Of a DNA stretch of 37,023 nucleotides, positions 19,051-27,908 are shown one piece after another. Source of the DNA: a virus (lineage: Duplodnaviria; Caudoviricetes); IMG/VR virus record IMGVR_UViG_3300025654_000021, positions 1-37,023 of that record. One strand, written 5' to 3'. Position numbers and translations under genes: made by a program. The notes beneath the pieces are model-generated. The model worked only from the letters and a program-made list of their open reading frames with translations. It was not told where the DNA came from and did no database searches. Numbering within the stretch: the stretch's first letter is position 1; each line of letters opens with the position of its first letter.

Positions 19051-19314
19051 TTAAATATAGTTTTTAATCTTCTCGTATTCTCTTTTAATAATATCCTCGT
19101 AAAAAATTATAGCCTTATTGATGTAATCTAAGTTCTGTTTAATTGGCTTTGTGGCATTGTCTCCGTTCTTTACTTGGAATAAGAATGAGGGAGATCTTTT
19201 TAACTTATCTGCTACCTCTCTGTGTGCTCCTTTGAATACTCCGCAAGCGTTGTAAATATCTTTTAAGTATTCTCTTCTGTTTTCTAACTGTTCTTTAATT
19301 TCTGTTTTATCCAT
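19051..19314 (-). CDS. Hypothetical, possible helix-turn-helix protein
   Basis: AHREVADKLKRSPSFLFQVKNG resembles an HTH. Confidence 0.55.
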   Translation of the reverse strand: MDKTEIKEQLENRREYLKDIYNACGVFKGAHREVADKLKRSPSFLFQVKNGDNATKPIKQNLDYINKAIIFYEDIIKREYEKIKNYI

Positions 19315-19320
19315 AATTTA

Positions 19321-19632
19321 TTAATATATTTTATTCATACAATCTAATTTATCTTTCCACTCTTTAGTAGTTAATGGCTCTTCATTATCTTCTGCCTCTA
19401 CTAAGTCGTTTTTAAAATACTCTAGTCTATCTATAATACTTTTTACTTGCTCAGTACTTAAATATACTTTTTGATTAACAATAAACAACTCACAAATAAA
19501 AGTAAAGTCATCATTTAGTCTAGCATCTAAATAAATAGTTACATCGTCTAACTTTGCAGTTGTTTTAAATACATCATAACTATAGTTAGCGTATGTAAGT
19601 ATTTCGTTTAAATCTTTTTTGTTTATTTCCAT
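19321..19632 (-). CDS. Hypothetical protein
   Basis: ORF in leftward operon. Confidence 0.65.
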   Translation of the reverse strand: MEINKKDLNEILTYANYSYDVFKTTAKLDDVTIYLDARLNDDFTFICELFIVNQKVYLSTEQVKSIIDRLEYFKNDLVEAEDNEEPLTTKEWKDKLDCMNKIY

Positions 19633-19634
19633 GA

Positions 19635-19847
19635 TTACTTAATTATATCGTTAATTTTCTCTCCTAAAGCTCCTATACTTGTTTTTCTAATCTCTGACCT
19701 TGTTTCGTTACCAAACATCTCTCCAGCGCTTAAACTTATCAGATAACCACTTTCTACTTTATCCTCTTCAAAGTTATACCAGTAAACAATTTCTTTTAAG
19801 TCTCTAAACTCATCTCCTGACGTATTAGTGTAGTATGTTGTTTTCAT
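19635..19847 (-). CDS. Hypothetical protein (first gene of leftward operon)
   Basis: Start reassigned to MKTTYY (19847) because the longer start overlaps the promoter. Confidence 0.6.
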   Translation of the reverse strand: MKTTYYTNTSGDEFRDLKEIVYWYNFEEDKVESGYLISLSAGEMFGNETRSEIRKTSIGALGEKINDIIK

Positions 19848-19869
19848 AATATCTGTTTTAATGTTTTGA

Positions 19870-19877
19870 CAAATATA
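19870..19877 (-). promoter_or_regulatory. Leftward promoter -7 element (TATATTTG)
   Basis: caaatata on + strand; TTG -33-like element near 19898. Confidence 0.65.
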
Positions 19878-19969
19878 TAACCTTTCAATCATTCCCACAA
19901 GAAAAATCGTAAAAAAGTTTTTATTTCAATATATTTTTAAAAAAGTGTTGTTTAATTAATAAAATGTGT

Positions 19970-19977
19970 TACTTTTG
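19970..19977 (+). promoter_or_regulatory. Rightward promoter -7 element (TACTTTTG)
   Basis: Perfect TAnnTTTG; divergent from 19870 promoter. Confidence 0.65.
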
Positions 19978-20006
19978 TACTTGTATAACAATTAAAAATA
20001 AATATT

Positions 20007-20306
20007 ATGGAATTAACAGAAATTTTAGACTTTTTAGAATCTCCTTTAGTATTAGAGCTTGACAACATGAGAGACAGAAGCCACATACAGAGCTTTTTAG
20101 TAGAGAAAGAAACTATTACTATTAAGTATAGTGTATTGGTTATTACAAGAGATATAGCATTTGGAGATTTTGTTGTAGTAGATGCTAGTATCGATAATTT
20201 AGACTTTTCTGTAGATAATGGAGAATTAACTATAGAAAAGTTTGATGTAGTATCGGATTTAATTTACGCTAAGATAGAGAGAGCGGTTAACAATTTAATG
20301 GAATAA
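20007..20306 (+). CDS. Hypothetical acidic protein
   Basis: First ORF after rightward promoter. Confidence 0.65.
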   Translation: MELTEILDFLESPLVLELDNMRDRSHIQSFLVEKETITIKYSVLVITRDIAFGDFVVVDASIDNLDFSVDNGELTIEKFDVVSDLIYAKIERAVNNLME

Positions 20307-20351
20307 AAATTATGGAATCAATTAAGACAGTAATAATTAGATAAAATAGAT

Positions 20352-20446
20352 TATATTTGTATCTGTAGAGTAGTGGCTACATCAAAACATTATACAAATC
20401 CCAATAGATGACGAGCCCACTACCTCCGATTCTATTGGGTTTTTTA
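20352..20446 (+). promoter_or_regulatory. Promoter (TATATTTG 20352-20359) plus structured leader/attenuator
   Basis: cccaataga...tctattggg stem followed by T run; loop complementary to 20368-20378. Confidence 0.55.
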
Positions 20447-20453
20447 TTTAAAA

Positions 20454-21197
20454 ATGGCAAGACCAGAAAGAAATAACATCGATTATTTTCCTTTTTATTG
20501 TGATGAGGGAAAGAAGATGTTTTATTTAGAAGAAACCTACGGCAATGATGGATTTGCCACATTCCTAAAAATACTTAGAGAATTAGCTAAAACAGACTAC
20601 CATTATTTAAATCTAAGCAAGCCAACTACAATGATGTTTTTGTCTGCTAAGTGTAAGATATCAAAAGAAACCTTAGATAGTATTATTAAGGACCTTGTAG
20701 ATTTAGAAAAGTTTGATCCTGTTTTATGGAATGAAAATAAGATAATTTGGTGTCAAGATTTTATAGACAGCATACAAGATGCTTATAGTAAGAGAAAAAA
20801 TAAATGCATCACTTATGATGGTTTACTTGTCCTTTTATCGAGTTTAAGGGTACGTAAACCTATTAAACGGGATAGTTTAGTACACATTAATACACAAAGT
20901 ATAGTAGAGTATAGTAAAAAAGAAGAAACTACAGTAAAAAAAGAAAGCGATAATAGTAGTTATTCTGATATATGTAAAGATGATGTTATTTGGTTAGAAG
21001 CTATTGCAATGAAATGTAAAGTAAGAATTGATGTAGTTAAACTTTATTTAGATAATTTTGTTATTCACTTATTAGCAATGGATGAATATAAAAGAAACAT
21101 AAAGGAATTTAAAATCCATTATGTTAATTGGATTCAAAAGCAAGACTTATCACAGCACAAAACAAAAAGAGTAGGACGATCAAATCAAATAAGGTAA
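20454..21197 (+). CDS. DUF4373-like replication initiator/replisome organiser
   Basis: MARP....IDYFP......K...LE..YGNDG.A..LKIL signature; upstream of primase-helicase. Confidence 0.75.
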   Translation: MARPERNNIDYFPFYCDEGKKMFYLEETYGNDGFATFLKILRELAKTDYHYLNLSKPTTMMFLSAKCKISKETLDSIIKDLVDLEKFDPVLWNENKIIWCQDFIDSIQDAYSKRKNKCITYDGLLVLLSSLRVRKPIKRDSLVHINTQSIVEYSKKEETTVKKESDNSSYSDICKDDVIWLEAIAMKCKVRIDVVKLYLDNFVIHLLAMDEYKRNIKEFKIHYVNWIQKQDLSQHKTKRVGRSNQIR

Positions 21198-21200
21198 ATT

Positions 21201-23000
21201 ATGGATATTAACGGATTTGAAATAGAGGTTTACAATATTTACAAGATACCAGAGAAAGCTAAAACGCATACTTGTCCTAAATGCTCTGAGCATAGAAAAA
21301 AGAAGAAAGATAAATGTATGTCTGTTTTTTGGGATACAGGATTAGGGCAATGTAATCACTGCGGAGAAACGACGCAATTACACACGTACAAAAAGAAACA
21401 AGAAACAAAGGTGTATATAAAGCCAAATAAGGTTACTGTAAACGAAAATTACAGCACTTCTCTACAAAGCTATATAAGTAGTCGTAAAATAAATTTAAAC
21501 GCCTTAGAACGCTTAAAAGTAACTGAGCAAAAAGAATGGATGCCACAGACTAAAAAACAAGAAAACTGTATCTGTTTTAATTACTATCTAGAAAACGAAT
21601 TAATAAACGTAAAGTATAGAGATGGCAAAAAGAATTTTAAATTATTTAAAGGAGCTGAGAAGATATTTTATAATTTAGATTCAATAGCAACTTCTAAAGA
21701 AGCAATTATAGTAGAGGGGGAGTTTGATGTATTGGCTTATGCAACGGCTAATATAAATAATGTTGTTTCTGTTCCTAATGGTTTTAATCTAAAAGGAGAC
21801 CATGTTAATTTAGATTACTTAGACAACTATACGGAATACTTTGAGAATAAAGATACTATCTATATTGCCGTAGATAATGATGACGCAGGGATCAAGGGTC
21901 AAAAAGAATTAGTTAGAAGGCTTGGAGCTGATAAGTGTAAATTAGTCGATTTTAAAGATTGTAAAGATGCTAACGATTACTTAATAAAATACGGTTCTGA
22001 AAGTTTAAAAGACACTATTAAAAAAGCTAAAGACGTAAAGATAGAAGGAGTTTTTTATGCAAACGACGTAAAAGACAGTATGTTAAACTCTTACCGTAAC
22101 GGACAAAAACGAGGTACTACTACATATGTAGACTGTGTAGATAAGGCTTGGACGTGGAGACCTGGAGAGGTTAATTTATGGACTGGTTACCAAAACGAGG
22201 GTAAATCTTTAATGTTAAACCAACTCTGCTTAATAAGGGCAAAGAATGAAGATGCAAAAGTAGCTGTATTTAGTCCTGAGAATTTCCCGTTAGACGATTT
22301 TTACACTGATTTAATAGAAATGGAGGTTGGTAAAAGTGCTGATCCTTATTATAAAAATAATTATATGTCAGAAGATGAGTTTAAAGAGTCTTTTGAGTTT
22401 GTAAACAATAATTTCTTTTCAATATACCCGAAAAAAGATTTTAAATTAGAATCTCTATTTGAAAGAATAAAGTACTTGGTAAAAAAGAAAGGTATTAGAA
22501 CTGTTATTATCGATCCTTACAATACTGTTGAGCATATGATGAAGCCAGGAGAGAGAGAGGATTTATACATATCTCGATTTATTTCTACTCTAAAAAGGTT
22601 TGCTGTAGATTATGATTTGTCTATGAATTTAGTGGCACACCAGAACACACCTAAAAAGAACGACAAAGACGATGGAAGGTATTTTAAACCTCAGCTAAAT
22701 AACATTAAAGGAGGTGGTACTTTTGCGGATAAGGCAGATAATGTATTAATAACGTGGAGACCAAACAGAGCAATAGATTTTAGATGTAATCAGGTTATAT
22801 TTTCTAGTCAGAAGATTAAGAAACAAAAATTGGTAGGTTATCCTCAAGACGTTGATTATATAACTTTTAATATTAGGACTAATAGATACTGCTTTAACGG
22901 AGAGAACCCTTTAGAAGATAAAGAGGAACAGTTTGAGCAAGAGAAACAAATACAACCAGCAACATTATTAGAAGCCTTTGGAGACGAGCCTCCATTTTAA
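21201..23000 (+). CDS. Bifunctional primase-helicase (T7 gp4/Twinkle-like)
   Basis: CPKC/CNHC zinc finger, TOPRIM (IVEGEFD, DNDDAG, KDAND), SF4 helicase (GYQNEGKS, IIDPYN, LVAHQ). Confidence 0.92.
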   Translation: MDINGFEIEVYNIYKIPEKAKTHTCPKCSEHRKKKKDKCMSVFWDTGLGQCNHCGETTQLHTYKKKQETKVYIKPNKVTVNENYSTSLQSYISSRKINLNALERLKVTEQKEWMPQTKKQENCICFNYYLENELINVKYRDGKKNFKLFKGAEKIFYNLDSIATSKEAIIVEGEFDVLAYATANINNVVSVPNGFNLKGDHVNLDYLDNYTEYFENKDTIYIAVDNDDAGIKGQKELVRRLGADKCKLVDFKDCKDANDYLIKYGSESLKDTIKKAKDVKIEGVFYANDVKDSMLNSYRNGQKRGTTTYVDCVDKAWTWRPGEVNLWTGYQNEGKSLMLNQLCLIRAKNEDAKVAVFSPENFPLDDFYTDLIEMEVGKSADPYYKNNYMSEDEFKESFEFVNNNFFSIYPKKDFKLESLFERIKYLVKKKGIRTVIIDPYNTVEHMMKPGEREDLYISRFISTLKRFAVDYDLSMNLVAHQNTPKKNDKDDGRYFKPQLNNIKGGGTFADKADNVLITWRPNRAIDFRCNQVIFSSQKIKKQKLVGYPQDVDYITFNIRTNRYCFNGENPLEDKEEQFEQEKQIQPATLLEAFGDEPPF

Positions 23001-23010
23001 ATAAAAAATT

Positions 23011-23211
23011 ATGAGAATAGATGAAATAAATTTAGCGATGCAGAAATGCCACAAAAACAAAGTATTTGTATATCCTGTTAGAGTACTTGGTAAATGGTAT
23101 ATTGAGAGATTAGTAAACGGTAAGCCTTATAGATATAGAAAGGAAATAGATAAGGATAAACAAAGCATATCAATGGAGTTAACTTATATTGATCTAGCGA
23201 ATAAACTATAA
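23011..23211 (+). CDS. Hypothetical protein
   Basis: A-rich start, follows helicase. Confidence 0.65.
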   Translation: MRIDEINLAMQKCHKNKVFVYPVRVLGKWYIERLVNGKPYRYRKEIDKDKQSISMELTYIDLANKL

Positions 23212-23287
23212 ATTATGCAGCACCTAGACGAAGTATTAGTATATCTAAAAGAAAGAGAAGAGAGTAATAACGAAAACAATATAAACC

Positions 23288-23347
23288 ATGAAGAAAATTA
23301 AAGTATTAAACTTATACGCTTGCCTTGGAGGTAATTTGACGCAATAA
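23288..23347 (+). pseudogene. Truncated N-terminus of a C5-cytosine methyltransferase-like gene
   Basis: MKKIKVLNLYACLGGN (SAM-binding motif I-like) then stop after 19 aa. Confidence 0.55.
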
Positions 23348-23399
23348 GAGAGAAAGAAAAAAATATTAAAAAAATTAGGTTTATATAAATTAATATAAC

Positions 23400-23407
23400 T
23401 ATATTTG
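23400..23407 (+). promoter_or_regulatory. Promoter -7 element TATATTTG upstream of the cassette array
   Basis: Perfect TAnnTTTG, 28 nt before ATG 23435; candidate array-wide (Pc-like) promoter. Confidence 0.6.
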
Positions 23408-23434
23408 TACATATATAACAATAAAACTAATATT

Positions 23435-23551
23435 ATGAAAGTAGATAAACAAGAAGTAGTAAACAGATTATTAGACGGTATAATAGTAGGAGGTATATTT
23501 ACAATGCTTTATTGTGTGTTGTGGGTTGGATCAGTAGTTTTTGGTGTTTAA
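23435..23551 (+). CDS. Small single-TM protein (38 aa)
   Basis: MKVDKQEVVNRLLDGIIVGGIFTMLYCVLWVGSVVFGV*; not in track. Confidence 0.6.
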   Translation: MKVDKQEVVNRLLDGIIVGGIFTMLYCVLWVGSVVFGV

Positions 23552-23595
23552 AACACTTAAATATTGTAGTATGATGCACTTTTAAATTTAGAAAC

Positions 23596-23832
23596 ATGAA
23601 AGCATTATTTAATAAAAAGAAAAAACTTGTAAAGCAATTAAATGAAATAGGTTATTTTCTAGATAAAGAAATTGAAGAAAGGTGGGGTTTTCATTACTCA
23701 AAAACAGATAGTGACCCAATGATAGATACCTTAGATTATGGTACATCCGACATAAGTTATAAAGACTTTATTGAGAGAATGGATGACTTTAAAGAAAAAC
23801 AAGATAAAGGAGAGTGGACACCAAATGCTTAA
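23596..23832 (+). CDS. Hypothetical protein (first, degenerate cassette)
   Basis: Ends just before GCATAAC of site 1. Confidence 0.7.
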   Translation: MKALFNKKKKLVKQLNEIGYFLDKEIEERWGFHYSKTDSDPMIDTLDYGTSDISYKDFIERMDDFKEKQDKGEWTPNA

Positions 23833-23836
23833 TTTA

Positions 23837-23970
23837 GCATAACGGATTGAATATGAATAGTGCCGAGCGTAGGGCTGTCCCCTGCGGAGATATAGCGAAG
23901 TAAAGCCTCTTGCATAGCAACGTAACAGGAATATCTTTTGAGGCATTATTTATATTTATTTCTATGTGCT
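23837..23970 (+). repeat. attC-like site 1 (right GTT core degenerate)
   Basis: gcataac; arms aatatgaatagtgcc / ggcattatttatatt; then ttctatgtgc instead of ttgttatgtgc. Confidence 0.6.
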
Positions 23971-24024
23971 TTTTTAATTGCACTCCCATGGTTAGTAGCG
24001 GATTAACAACTTAAAATTTAAAAA

Positions 24025-24162
24025 ATGACACCAAAAGAAAAAGCAAACGATTTACGTGAACTGTTAGAGTGGTTGAGTAACGAAGACTATTTTAATATAC
24101 CTAAAAATGAGATAGGCGAGATTTTAGAAGATTGGCAAACATATAACTCTAATTGTGGCTAA
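24025..24162 (+). CDS. Small hypothetical protein MTPKEKANDLRELL... (45 aa)
   Basis: Stop codon lies in GGCTAAC of site 2; not in track. Confidence 0.65.
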   Translation: MTPKEKANDLRELLEWLSNEDYFNIPKNEIGEILEDWQTYNSNCG

Positions 24163-24286
24163 CGGACTTGGGTATGGTTAGTGCGACCATACAGGTATTA
24201 ACTTTAAATAAAAAACAGAATGAGCAAAATGAAAAAATATTTTGATTTAGCAGAAGAACGAGCATTAACTATACCTGTTGTTATGT
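24157..24286 (+). repeat. attC-like site 2
   Basis: ggctaac; gggtatggttagtgc / gcattaactatacct; GTT at 24280. Confidence 0.85.
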
Positions 24287-24465
24287 GGCGTTTTTGTGCT
24301 TATAAGACTGAAAAAGATTACGAAAGTGGCGAGCATTATTTTATGAAAGACTTTCTTGACCATACAGAAATGAAAGTATTTAGCGGTAAACATTCAGAAA
24401 AAGAAAATCCACTTCACAGCGATTATTGTAGTATGTATTGGAAGATTGATACAAATGCCACATAA
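24220..24465 (+). CDS. Split-module hypothetical protein (starts in site 2, ends in cassette)
   Basis: Junction peptide ALTIPVVMWR; stop inside CATAAC. Confidence 0.7.
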   Translation: MSKMKKYFDLAEERALTIPVVMWRFCAYKTEKDYESGEHYFMKDFLDHTEMKVFSGKHSEKENPLHSDYCSMYWKIDTNAT

Positions 24466-24591
24466 CGGAATTGTGTATGGTATGTTGCGTATAGAGAAGC
24501 ACAGAATTAACGAATTAAAAACTAAATAAATTAATAATAACAAGCCTTTGAAATAGCAGAAAGTAGCAATAGACTATACACGTTGTTATGT
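24460..24591 (+). repeat. attC-like site 3
   Basis: acataac; gtgtatggtatgttgc / gcaatagactatacac; GTT at 24585. Confidence 0.85.
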
Positions 24592-24621
24592 ACTGTGTGA
24601 ACGGTTAAAAAGCAATAAACT

Positions 24622-25209
24622 ATGAATGAAGATAGAACCCAACAAATGTACTATAGCGTAATGAGGCAAAATAAACAAATTGATAGCCAAAAAATACTAT
24701 ATAATAAAACAGGTAATGACGAAGCCTATACGCCTGAATATGGTGTAAAGCCTATTTTAAAGTACATACCAAGTAATTTTGTTGTTTGGTGTCCTTTTGA
24801 CGAAGCTGATTCTGCATTTGTAAAAATGATAAGTAAAACGAATAAAGTAATACACTCTCATATAAGCAATGGGCAAAACTTTTTTGATTATGAGCCTAAA
24901 GAAGATTGGGATTGCATAATAAGTAACCCACCATTTAAAGGAAAGCGACAATTCTTTGAAAGGGCGTTAAGTTTTAACAAGCCATTTGCTTTAATAATGA
25001 CTAACGCTTGGTTAAATGATGCTTACTCAAAAAAAGTTTTTATGGAAGCAAATAAACAAATGCAATTACTGATGTTTGACAAAAGAATAAAGTTTAATAA
25101 TCCTTACGGAAAACCAAACAACAAAATTACGTTTAGTAGTTCTTATTTTTGTGTGGACTTCTTGCCGAATGATTTGATATGCGAGAACCTAAGTGAACAT
25201 TGTACATAA
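24622..25209 (+). CDS. Amino (N6-adenine) DNA methyltransferase, cassette-borne
   Basis: DEAYTP, VVWCPFD, IISNPPF catalytic motif, PFALIM. Confidence 0.8.
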   Translation: MNEDRTQQMYYSVMRQNKQIDSQKILYNKTGNDEAYTPEYGVKPILKYIPSNFVVWCPFDEADSAFVKMISKTNKVIHSHISNGQNFFDYEPKEDWDCIISNPPFKGKRQFFERALSFNKPFALIMTNAWLNDAYSKKVFMEANKQMQLLMFDKRIKFNNPYGKPNNKITFSSSYFCVDFLPNDLICENLSEHCT

Positions 25210-25257
25210 CGTACTTTTATAACAGGTCGTTTTAATGCCTGTTATACGGTGTTGTAC
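25204..25257 (+). repeat. attC-like site 4 (minimal)
   Basis: tataacagg-tcgttttaatg-cctgttata; GTT at 25251. Confidence 0.85.
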
Positions 25258-25294
25258 ATCTGTATTGCGGTTTTAAAGAACAAAATTTTGAATT

Positions 25295-26446
25295 ATGAAC
25301 GAACATAGTAATAACATTTTTGAGCGTGGGCAAATTGCTGACGTAGGAAGCAAAGGAATAAACGTGCTTTCTCTATTTAACGGAATGAGTACAGGACATA
25401 CTGCACTTGATAATGTAGGAATAAAAGTAAACAAATATTATAGTAGCGAATTAAAGCCTTATGCAATAGAATTGACACAACACCACTATCCGGAAACCAT
25501 ACAATTAGGCGATGTAAATAATTGGCGTGAATGGGATATTGATTGGAAAAGTATTGATTTGCTTTTAAGTGGAAGCCCTTGTAAGGATTTAAGTATTGCA
25601 GGAAAACGAAAAGGAATAAACGGAAGTAATAGCGGTTTGTTTTGGCGATTTATTGAAATATACGAACATATAAAATCTTTAAATCCAAAAATTATATTCT
25701 TTCAAGAAAACGTTGGATCTGCACCAAAAGAAGATATTGGAATTATGAGTAGATCAATGGGTGTTTATCCTGTTAGATTTAACAGTAGTTTGGTTACTGC
25801 ACAATTAAGAGATAGATATTATTGGACTAATGCAAAAACAAAACCTTTTGGAATGTTTGGTGATTTAGTTACAGATATTACAGAACCTAAAAACAGAAAT
25901 ATTAAATTGATTGATGTTATTACTGATGGTTGGACTGACAAAGAAAAAGCAAACTGCATTTTAGAAAGTGAAAGCAGAATGACAACGAGCCAAGAAAGTT
26001 TAAAAAAACGATATGTAAAAGACTTTAATACTATTGTTTATTTAGTTGAAAATGAAGTTAGGGTAAAGACAAATACTGTAAAAGGTTATGATGTTTTAAC
26101 TGAAGAAGATTGTTTAAACTTATCATTTCCAAGTAGTACAACAAGACGAGGACGAGTAACTAAAGGAAAAGCACCTTGTTTATTGCAAGGAAACGAACCT
26201 TTATATGTTTTAAAGGATAAACAAGTAAGGATGTTAAATAAGATTGAATTGTGTAGATTACAAGGCTTTCCGGACAATCATTGCGATATATTGAGCAGAA
26301 ACAAAGCGGCTTCACTTTTGGGTGATGGTTGGACTTTACCAATTATAGAACACATCTTCCAATATTTACCTTTTAAAAAAGCGAGGGAAGAAAAAAATGT
26401 TATTACGGAATATAAGCACGAATCTTTGAATAAAACAGGAACGTAG
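25295..26446 (+). CDS. C5-cytosine DNA methyltransferase, cassette-borne
   Basis: VLSLFNG (I), GSPCKD (IV), QENV (VI), QLRDR (VIII), ELCRLQGFP (IX), LGDGW (X). Confidence 0.92.
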   Translation: MNEHSNNIFERGQIADVGSKGINVLSLFNGMSTGHTALDNVGIKVNKYYSSELKPYAIELTQHHYPETIQLGDVNNWREWDIDWKSIDLLLSGSPCKDLSIAGKRKGINGSNSGLFWRFIEIYEHIKSLNPKIIFFQENVGSAPKEDIGIMSRSMGVYPVRFNSSLVTAQLRDRYYWTNAKTKPFGMFGDLVTDITEPKNRNIKLIDVITDGWTDKEKANCILESESRMTTSQESLKKRYVKDFNTIVYLVENEVRVKTNTVKGYDVLTEEDCLNLSFPSSTTRRGRVTKGKAPCLLQGNEPLYVLKDKQVRMLNKIELCRLQGFPDNHCDILSRNKAASLLGDGWTLPIIEHIFQYLPFKKAREEKNVITEYKHESLNKTGT

Positions 26447-26455
26447 CAATATTGT

Positions 26456-26586
26456 GTACAACGCATTGTATAAGGTTTCGTTGCGACCTTGAAACAGCAA
26501 CTAACTTAATTAAAATATAATAAATTATGAGTACAGAAAATAGTAACCAAAAAGATACAAGCAATAAACTTTATACATTGTTAGCA
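26456..26586 (+). repeat. attC-like site 5
   Basis: gtacaac; tgtataaggtttcgttgc / gcaataaactttataca; GTT at 26580. Confidence 0.85.
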
Positions 26587-26799
26587 AATGAGAATTTTAC
26601 AGGTTTTTATGATGACAATAAGCAACCAATTTTAGTTGGTGATAAACTAAAAAGCGAATGGGGTTATGAAGTGATTGTTGTTAAAGGTAAAAATGGTGAT
26701 TATAATGGTAAATTGGTTTGCGATGAAAACCATAGTTGCAAGAATATACCATACGCAATTAACGAAGGCAAGGGACATAGTAAAATTATTTGTTGCTAA
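26527..26799 (+). CDS. Split-module protein, C-part resembles YopX-family C-terminus
   Basis: Junction NKLYTLLAN; FTGFYDDNKQPILVGDKL resembles the YopX TG..D.NG..IYEGD motif. Confidence 0.65.
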   Translation: MSTENSNQKDTSNKLYTLLANENFTGFYDDNKQPILVGDKLKSEWGYEVIVVKGKNGDYNGKLVCDENHSCKNIPYAINEGKGHSKIICC

Positions 26800-26994
26800 C
26801 TAGAATGTGTAAGATTAGTACGATTAATTAATGACTAAATTTAATAAATATGGAAATAGAAAATTGTGTGGTATGTAAAAAATACCTAAATGAAATTGGT
26901 GAACAAGAGCGAGCAATGTGTAATGAATGTGACATAGAAACAGAAGCCATTGCAAAAGAGCAAGAACAAGTATTAATTTTACATGGTGTTACCT
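26794..26994 (+). repeat. attC-like site 6
   Basis: tgctaac; gtgtaagattagtac / gtattaattttacat; GTT at 26988. Confidence 0.85.
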
Positions 26995-27173
26995 GTAGTT
27001 TTGATTTAGCGAAAGCAAACCTAGCTATTCAGTTAATTAAAAAATCTGTATGTGAAAGTGATGTCTTAGACGCTATTTATGTAAAAGAAAAACTCAATTG
27101 GTTTGCGGTGACTGATGATATAAAAGACCTTTGGAATGAATACTATGGTGATGCAAAAAAGTACTTACCTTAA
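26850..27173 (+). CDS. Split-module protein with N-terminal CxxC..CxxC
   Basis: Junction VLILHGVTCS. Confidence 0.7.
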   Translation: MEIENCVVCKKYLNEIGEQERAMCNECDIETEAIAKEQEQVLILHGVTCSFDLAKANLAIQLIKKSVCESDVLDAIYVKEKLNWFAVTDDIKDLWNEYYGDAKKYLP

Positions 27174-27178
27174 ATTAC

Positions 27179-27230
27179 AGGTAACGCATTGTATAAGGTG
27201 CGTTTTAATGCACTTTATACGTTGTTACCT
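27179..27230 (+). repeat. attC-like site 7 (minimal)
   Basis: gtataaggtgc-gttttaat-gcactttatac; GTT at 27224. Confidence 0.88.
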
Positions 27231-27251
27231 ACTGTACTAAAAAAATGAATT

Positions 27252-27902
27252 ATGACTGAACCAAATATAGAATTACTGAACACCGATTGTTTGCTTTTTA
27301 TGAAGCAATGCGAGGATAATCAATTTGATTGGGCAATAGTTGACCCACCTTATGGTATTAACTACGATAAGGAACAGAATAAACAAGCAGAAAATGAAAG
27401 GATTAGCAATGGTGGTAAATGGAAGAAATACCACGATACAAATTGGGATAGTTCTGTTCCTGATATTGAATACTGGAATGAACTTTTTAGAATAAGTAAA
27501 AATCAAATTGTTTGGGGTGGCAATTATTTTTTTGATGTAAAACTAAATGGTGTTATTATATGGAATAAAGGCGAAAATGGAACAATGAAACAAGGCGAAC
27601 TTGCAAAATGCAGTAAAAATACTTTTAAGATATATAATAAAAGTAGAATAGATGCTTATGTAAATAGTGGTGAGCCGAAAATACACCCTTGTCAAAAACC
27701 AATTTCTTTATATGAATGGCTTTTAGATAACTATGTTAATGAAAATGAAAAAATAATTGACACTCATTTGGGAAGTGGAAGCATTGCGGTTGCTTGTTAT
27801 AACCGAAAAATTGATTTAGTAGGAATTGAAATTGATAAAACCTACTTTGACAAAGCAAACAAAAAACTAAAAGATAGAAAAAATGCACCTACTCTTTTTT
27901 AG
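27252..27902 (+). CDS. N6A/N4C DNA methyltransferase (beta class), cassette-borne
   Basis: IVDPPYG catalytic motif, HPCQKP, DTHLGSGS SAM motif. Confidence 0.92.
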   Translation: MTEPNIELLNTDCLLFMKQCEDNQFDWAIVDPPYGINYDKEQNKQAENERISNGGKWKKYHDTNWDSSVPDIEYWNELFRISKNQIVWGGNYFFDVKLNGVIIWNKGENGTMKQGELAKCSKNTFKIYNKSRIDAYVNSGEPKIHPCQKPISLYEWLLDNYVNENEKIIDTHLGSGSIAVACYNRKIDLVGIEIDKTYFDKANKKLKDRKNAPTLF

Positions 27903-27908
27903 TATTGT

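Noticed and set aside
20800-20960. Iteron origin inside the initiator gene
   Set aside because: Expected by analogy with lambda O, but no convincing repeated iterons are visible.
23861-23945. tRNA gene
   Set aside because: No T-loop (GTTCRA) or D-loop consensus or cloverleaf; no tRNA recognised anywhere in the window.
24622-27902. Complete restriction-modification system
   Set aside because: No restriction endonuclease motif recognised in neighbouring ORFs; the MTases appear to be orphans.
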